Below, piece after piece: positions 6,896 through 9,420 of a stretch of 9,420 nt of DNA. This stretch comes from a virus. Its lineage: Duplodnaviria > Heunggongvirae > Uroviricota > Caudoviricetes. How positions within the stretch are numbered: position 1 is the first letter of the stretch; each line of letters starts with the position of its first letter. A model generated the notes under the pieces. That model was not told the origin of the DNA, did no database searches, and saw only the letters and a program-made list of their open reading frames with translations. The translations under genes were made by a program, and so were the position numbers. The DNA lies in the IMG/VR virus record IMGVR_UViG_2695420763_000021, positions 1 to 9,420 of that record; one strand, given 5' to 3'.

Positions 6896-7089
6896 GTACC
6901 AGCCGGAAGCAAGTGTACAAACTGGTACCGCCAAAGCAGTGGCTGTTGTGGTGACCGGTGCTGATCTCCGGCTTGCGGTTATTTCAGACTCTCACGGGCG
7001 TTTAATTGCCCCGCCGAACAGCTCTTTTCCGCAATAGCTGCAATGTCTTTCGCGCATCAGCCTGCGCATTCACCACAACTCTAAAAACA

Positions 7090-7119
7090 AATGTAGGATA
7101 TCCAACATGTAAGTGTCAA
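7090..7119 (-). promoter_or_regulatory. pL-like early-left promoter (-35 TTGACA 7119..7114, 18-nt spacer, -10 TACATT 7095..7090)
   Basis: Minus strand reads TTGACActtacatgttggatatccTACATT, nearly identical to the pR module at 7894-7923. The -10 is embedded in operator OL-a. Confidence 0.6.
7091..7108. promoter_or_regulatory. Repressor operator OL-a (18-bp palindrome ATGTAGGATATCCAACAT)
   Basis: Exact reverse complement of OR-c (7905-7922). Half-site consensus ATGTWGGAT. Overlaps the pL -10. Confidence 0.65.
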
Positions 7120-7125
7120 GAGTTT

Positions 7126-7143
7126 ATGTTGGTTATCCTACAT
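7126..7143. promoter_or_regulatory. Repressor operator OL-b (ATGTTGGTTATCCTACAT)
   Basis: 17 of 18 matches to the operator consensus; lies just upstream of the pL -35. Confidence 0.6.
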
Positions 7144-7160
7144 AAAAAGATAGGCTCATA

Positions 7161-7185
7161 AAAAAACCGGGGATACCCCGGTTTT
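7161..7185 (-). terminator. Rho-independent terminator downstream of the repressor gene (bidirectional hairpin)
   Basis: AAAAAA-CCGGGG-ATA-CCCCGG-TTTT. On the minus strand a GC stem is followed by UUUUUU, 20 nt after the repressor stop and before OL/pL. Confidence 0.7.
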
Positions 7186-7205
7186 GCGATAGTGAGGAAG
7201 ATGTG

Positions 7206-7859
7206 TCAAAAATCCATTATTACTTGTTTGACAAGACCAACTATTCTGCAGTTTTCACCGCATTCAATAGTTTTATAGTTAGGATTTAGTGGGACGAGAT
7301 ACCTGTTCGGCCAGTCCTCAACAAATTTTTTGAGTGTCGCTTCTTGCCCACCATTGATATGGGCAACAACGATTTTTCCGTTAATACACTCTGTATCAAT
7401 AATATCTGGCTCTACGATAACGATAGAACCTTCTGGTATCGATGGTGAGCCGAGGGGATTGGTCATTGAATCACCACGGACCCGTAGTGCAAATGCCATT
7501 TCTGATACAAGGGCGGTAGTATAAACCCACTCTTCAGCATCTTCTTTCCTGACACCAGGCTCCGTCATTGTCCATGAACCCGCCTGAACCCACGAGATGA
7601 GGGGGACTTTTTTAACTGCGAATATTTCAGGTTTTAGATTTATCTTTGGTTCAGGCGAGCCTTTTCCGCTAACAAGCCACAGAGGATCGCATTTAAGTGC
7701 GTTGGCTAGGGCTTGAAGGTTGGCTCCATTTGGTTGGTAGTCGTCCTTTTCCCATCCAGTAACCGTGACACGGTTCACACCAGTCAAATCAGCCAGTGCT
7801 TGTTGTGTCAGGTTCAGTTCTTTTCGCCTTTGGCGAATACGATCACTCATGTTCATCAT
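7206..7859 (-). CDS. CI-type prophage repressor: N-terminal HTH (XRE family) plus C-terminal S24 LexA-like autopeptidase
   Basis: 217 aa. HTH segment LTQQALADLTGVNRVTVTGWE. Ala-Gly cleavage-site context VQAG (as in lambda CI). Catalytic Ser in RVRGDSM and Lys in ATLKKF. The start ATG lies within operator OR-a, so the transcript is leaderless or nearly so, as for lambda pRM. Confidence 0.85.
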   Translation of the reverse strand: MMNMSDRIRQRRKELNLTQQALADLTGVNRVTVTGWEKDDYQPNGANLQALANALKCDPLWLVSGKGSPEPKINLKPEIFAVKKVPLISWVQAGSWTMTEPGVRKEDAEEWVYTTALVSEMAFALRVRGDSMTNPLGSPSIPEGSIVIVEPDIIDTECINGKIVVAHINGGQEATLKKFVEDWPNRYLVPLNPNYKTIECGENCRIVGLVKQVIMDF

Positions 7860-7875
7860 GTAGGCAATCCTACCA
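7858..7875. promoter_or_regulatory. Repressor operator OR-a (ATGTAGGCAATCCTACCA), overlapping the repressor start codon
   Basis: 15 of 18 matches to the palindromic consensus. Confidence 0.5.
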
Positions 7876-7882
7876 CATGCTC

Positions 7883-7900
7883 ATGTAGGATTCTTGACAT
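7883..7900. promoter_or_regulatory. Repressor operator OR-b (ATGTAGGATTCTTGACAT), overlapping the pR -35
   Basis: Perfect left half-site ATGTAGGAT; the right half is degenerate and contains TTGACA. Confidence 0.5.
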
Positions 7901-7923
7901 TGGCATGTTGGATATCCTACATT
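7894..7923 (+). promoter_or_regulatory. pR-like early-right promoter (-35 TTGACA 7894-7899, 18-nt spacer, -10 TACATT 7918-7923)
   Basis: Consensus -35, 18-bp spacer, 4 of 6 match in the -10. Lies about 30 nt upstream of the cro-like gene, whose RBS is GGGAGA at 7944-7949. Confidence 0.6.
7905..7922. promoter_or_regulatory. Repressor operator OR-c (ATGTTGGATATCCTACAT), overlapping the pR -10
   Basis: Perfect 18-bp palindrome-type site; reverse complement of OL-a. Confidence 0.65.
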
Positions 7924-7954
7924 TCTGCTTAACGTAATTTAACGGGAGACAGAA

Positions 7955-8152
7955 ATGCGGAAATCCGACGTGATTAATTATTTCGGCGGAGTTTGTAAAA
8001 CCGCCGAAGCCCTAGGTATTAAGCATCCGTCTGTTTCAGAGTGGCCTGAGATTATTCCTGAAGGCCGAGCGTACCAGTTAGAAAAAATTACTAACGGGAA
8101 ACTGAAAGTTGACGTGTCTTTATATCAAAAGACTAACAGTGCTGCGGCATAA
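7955..8152 (+). CDS. Cro-like HTH regulator (65 aa)
   Basis: First gene after pR and divergent from the repressor. INYFGG...KTAEALGIKHPSVSEW resembles lambda Cro ([25 protein letters not shown]). Confidence 0.75.
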   Translation: MRKSDVINYFGGVCKTAEALGIKHPSVSEWPEIIPEGRAYQLEKITNGKLKVDVSLYQKTNSAAA

Positions 8153-8179
8153 AAACACCACAGAAATGAGGAATTAACC

Positions 8180-8764
8180 GTGGGTAAAGAACCTGAATGG
8201 AAAGTTGATAAACAACCAGCATGGCTGGTGGCAGCAATACGAAGAACGATTGCTGATTTACCTCATGGCTATGAGGAAGCAGCAGAAATTCTTGGTTTGT
8301 ATAAATCTGATGATATCACCCCAGCAAAAGATCAATTGCATAACAGACTGCGTAGCGGTGGGGATCAAATTTTTCCACTTGAGTGGGCCATGGTTTTACA
8401 GGATGCCAGTGGTACCAGGCATGTAACAGATGCAATAGCCCGTCGTAGTAATGGGGTGTTTGTGCCGCTGGTGGTCATTGATGACATTGACAATGGTGAC
8501 ATTAATCAGCGGCTGATGGAGTCAATAGAATGGATTGGCAAGCATTCCCAGTACTTACGCAAGGCAACTGCTGATGGAGTTATTGACCAGGCTGAGCGTG
8601 AGCAAATCGAAGAGAACAGCTACCAAGTAATGGCGAAGTGGCAGGAGCATTTAACACTGTTATTTCGTGTTTTTTGTGCGCCGGAAAAGAGTAACGCCCG
8701 CGAGTGTGCAGCTCCGGGCGTCGTGGCGTCGATTGCTTCTGGTTGTGGAGAAACTAACGCATGA
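8180..8764 (+). CDS. CII-like phage regulatory protein (194 aa; possibly the phage CII/CP76-type family)
   Basis: GTG start 8180 with GAGGA 7 nt upstream. It sits directly after cro as cII does in lambdoid phages. The family assignment is from memory of CP76-type CII proteins, not a verified alignment. Confidence 0.5.
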   Translation: MGKEPEWKVDKQPAWLVAAIRRTIADLPHGYEEAAEILGLYKSDDITPAKDQLHNRLRSGGDQIFPLEWAMVLQDASGTRHVTDAIARRSNGVFVPLVVIDDIDNGDINQRLMESIEWIGKHSQYLRKATADGVIDQAEREQIEENSYQVMAKWQEHLTLLFRVFCAPEKSNARECAAPGVVASIASGCGETNA

Positions 8765-9099
8765 ACAGTTTAACAACACACTACCGTCGCTCGCAACTGA
8801 TTGCGCTTCCTGTACCGGGTGGAAAAGCGAAGGTGGAGTATTGCTATGCAGTGAATGTACCAGGTGACAGGGAAATTGTAACCCACAGATTTGCAGAGTG
8901 GGCTGTGGGTGATTTCAACCGGCAGAAGGAGACAGTCCTTTGCAACAAGTTAACCGCTGGTTCAAAGATCACTACGGAGTGCCCGTCAGAGTCATTCGTT
9001 GGGAACCGGAAACACAACGGGTTATCTACCTCCGCGAAGGCTATGAGCATGAGTGCTTCAGTCCGCTCGAACAGTTTCGTCGTAAATTCAGGGAAATAG
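8761..9099 (+). CDS. Hypothetical protein (112 aa as called); the C-terminal half looks out of frame, so a frameshift is possible
   Basis: ATG 8761 overlaps the cII-like stop as ATGA. The first 55 to 60 residues look protein-like. The remainder ([53 protein letters not shown]) is Ser-rich and low-complexity, while the -1 frame over the same DNA reads as a well-formed peptide. Confidence 0.4.
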   Translation: MNSLTTHYRRSQLIALPVPGGKAKVEYCYAVNVPGDREIVTHRFAEWAVGDFNRQKETVLCNKLTAGSKITTECPSESFVGNRKHNGLSTSAKAMSMSASVRSNSFVVNSGK

Positions 9100-9119
9100 A
9101 GGTCGGTCATGAGCACTAA
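8940..9119 (+). CDS. Candidate small protein (59 aa) in the alternative frame, TTG start
   Basis: AAGGAGA at 8926-8932 lies 7 nt before TTG 8940. The translation (M)[58 protein letters not shown] is protein-like. Its stop TAA 9117-9119 overlaps the downstream ATG at 9109. Confidence 0.3.
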   Translation: MQQVNRWFKDHYGVPVRVIRWEPETQRVIYLREGYEHECFSPLEQFRRKFREIEVGHEH

Positions 9120-9420
9120 ATTAACCGGCTATGTATGGGATGGTTGCGCAGCGTCAGGCATGAAATTATCCAGCGTGGCAATTATGGCCCGCCTGGCTGA
9201 TTTCAGTAATGACGAAGGTGTGTGCTGGCCATCAATTGAAACCATTGCCCGCCAGATTGGCGCGGGGATGAGTACCGTCAGAACGGCTATCGCACGGCTG
9301 GAAGCAGAAGGCTGGTTAACGCGTAAGGCGCGTCGCCATGGCAACCGCAATGCGTCGAATGTTTATCAGCTTAACGTTGCGAAGCTTCAGGCAGCGGCAT
9401 TTTCTCAACTGTCAGATTCT
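9109..9420 (+). CDS. Phage replication-initiation protein (O-like, N-terminal HTH DNA-binding domain), 5' partial; continues beyond the window
   Basis: ATG 9109 with GAGG 8 nt upstream; the frame is open to the end of the window (104 codons). [73 protein letters not shown] is typical of the HTH replication-protein N-domain found after cII in lambdoid prophages. Confidence 0.65.
   Translation, partial: MSTKLTGYVWDGCAASGMKLSSVAIMARLADFSNDEGVCWPSIETIARQIGAGMSTVRTAIARLEAEGWLTRKARRHGNRNASNVYQLNVAKLQAAAFSQLSDS

Noticed and set aside
6749-6934. N-terminal 62-codon extension of the yfdP-like ORF in the track (182-aa version)
   Set aside because: The extension is Cys/Arg/Pro-rich with no protein-like pattern. 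A strong AGGAG precedes the internal ATG at 6748, and the extension overlaps the structured leader. I treated it as non-coding leader.
5608-6964. ORFs 5608-5853 (+), 5753-5944 (-), 6483-6851 (+) and 6560-6964 (+)
   Set aside because: Overlap the yfdQ-like and yfdP-like genes or the leader. The translations are Ser/Arg/Pro-rich and look spurious.
7020-7029. Second boxA-like motif (GCTCTTTTCC) on the plus strand
   Set aside because: It is on the non-transcribed strand relative to pL and no plus-strand promoter is evident upstream, so it is probably a chance match.
7330-7937. Plus-strand ORFs 7330-7524 and 7713-7937 within or antisense to the repressor gene
   Set aside because: The repressor frame is supported by HTH and S24 motifs; the antisense ORFs have no start context.
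8650-8780. oop-like antisense RNA and terminator at the 3' end of the cII-like gene
   Set aside because: I looked for a minus-strand hairpin followed by a U-tract but found only weak, long-loop inverted repeats. The signal is too weak to call without folding software.
8205-9350. ORFs 8205-8426 (+), 8667-8867 (+), 8844-9116 (-) and 9129-9350 (-)
   Set aside because: Alternative-frame or antisense overlaps of the cII-like gene, the 8761 ORF and the replication gene, with no RBS.
1-9420. Integrase, attachment site, tRNA or rRNA genes
   Set aside because: I saw no tyrosine-recombinase-like ORF, no tRNA-like cloverleaf region and no rRNA-like sequence. The prophage integration module appears to lie outside the window or to have been deleted.

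Overview
This window is a junction between three things: a 5' fragment of an autotransporter adhesin gene (1-1167, + strand), a complete IS2 element (1168-2498, transposase on the - strand, no target-site duplication), and the early/immunity region of a lambdoid prophage resembling E. coli CPS-53/KpLE1 (2499-9420). The prophage part holds a leftward early operon from a pL-like promoter: yfdP-, yfdQ-, yfdR- (HD domain) and yfdS-like genes, then seven small, mostly overlapping ORFs, the last cut off by IS2. To its right are a CI-type repressor with LexA-like autocleavage motifs, bracketed by 18-bp palindromic operators and mirror-image pL/pR promoters, then rightward cro-like and cII-like genes, an ambiguous pair of overlapping frames, and the 5' end of a replication-initiator gene that runs off the window. 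I saw no rRNA, tRNA or CRISPR array. The best candidates for undescribed biology are the uncharacterised small-ORF cassette at the distal end of the early-left operon, and the structured pL leader with a boxA-like motif but no N-like gene. All protein family names come from motifs read in the translations and from memory; no database search or folding was possible, so homology claims are provisional.
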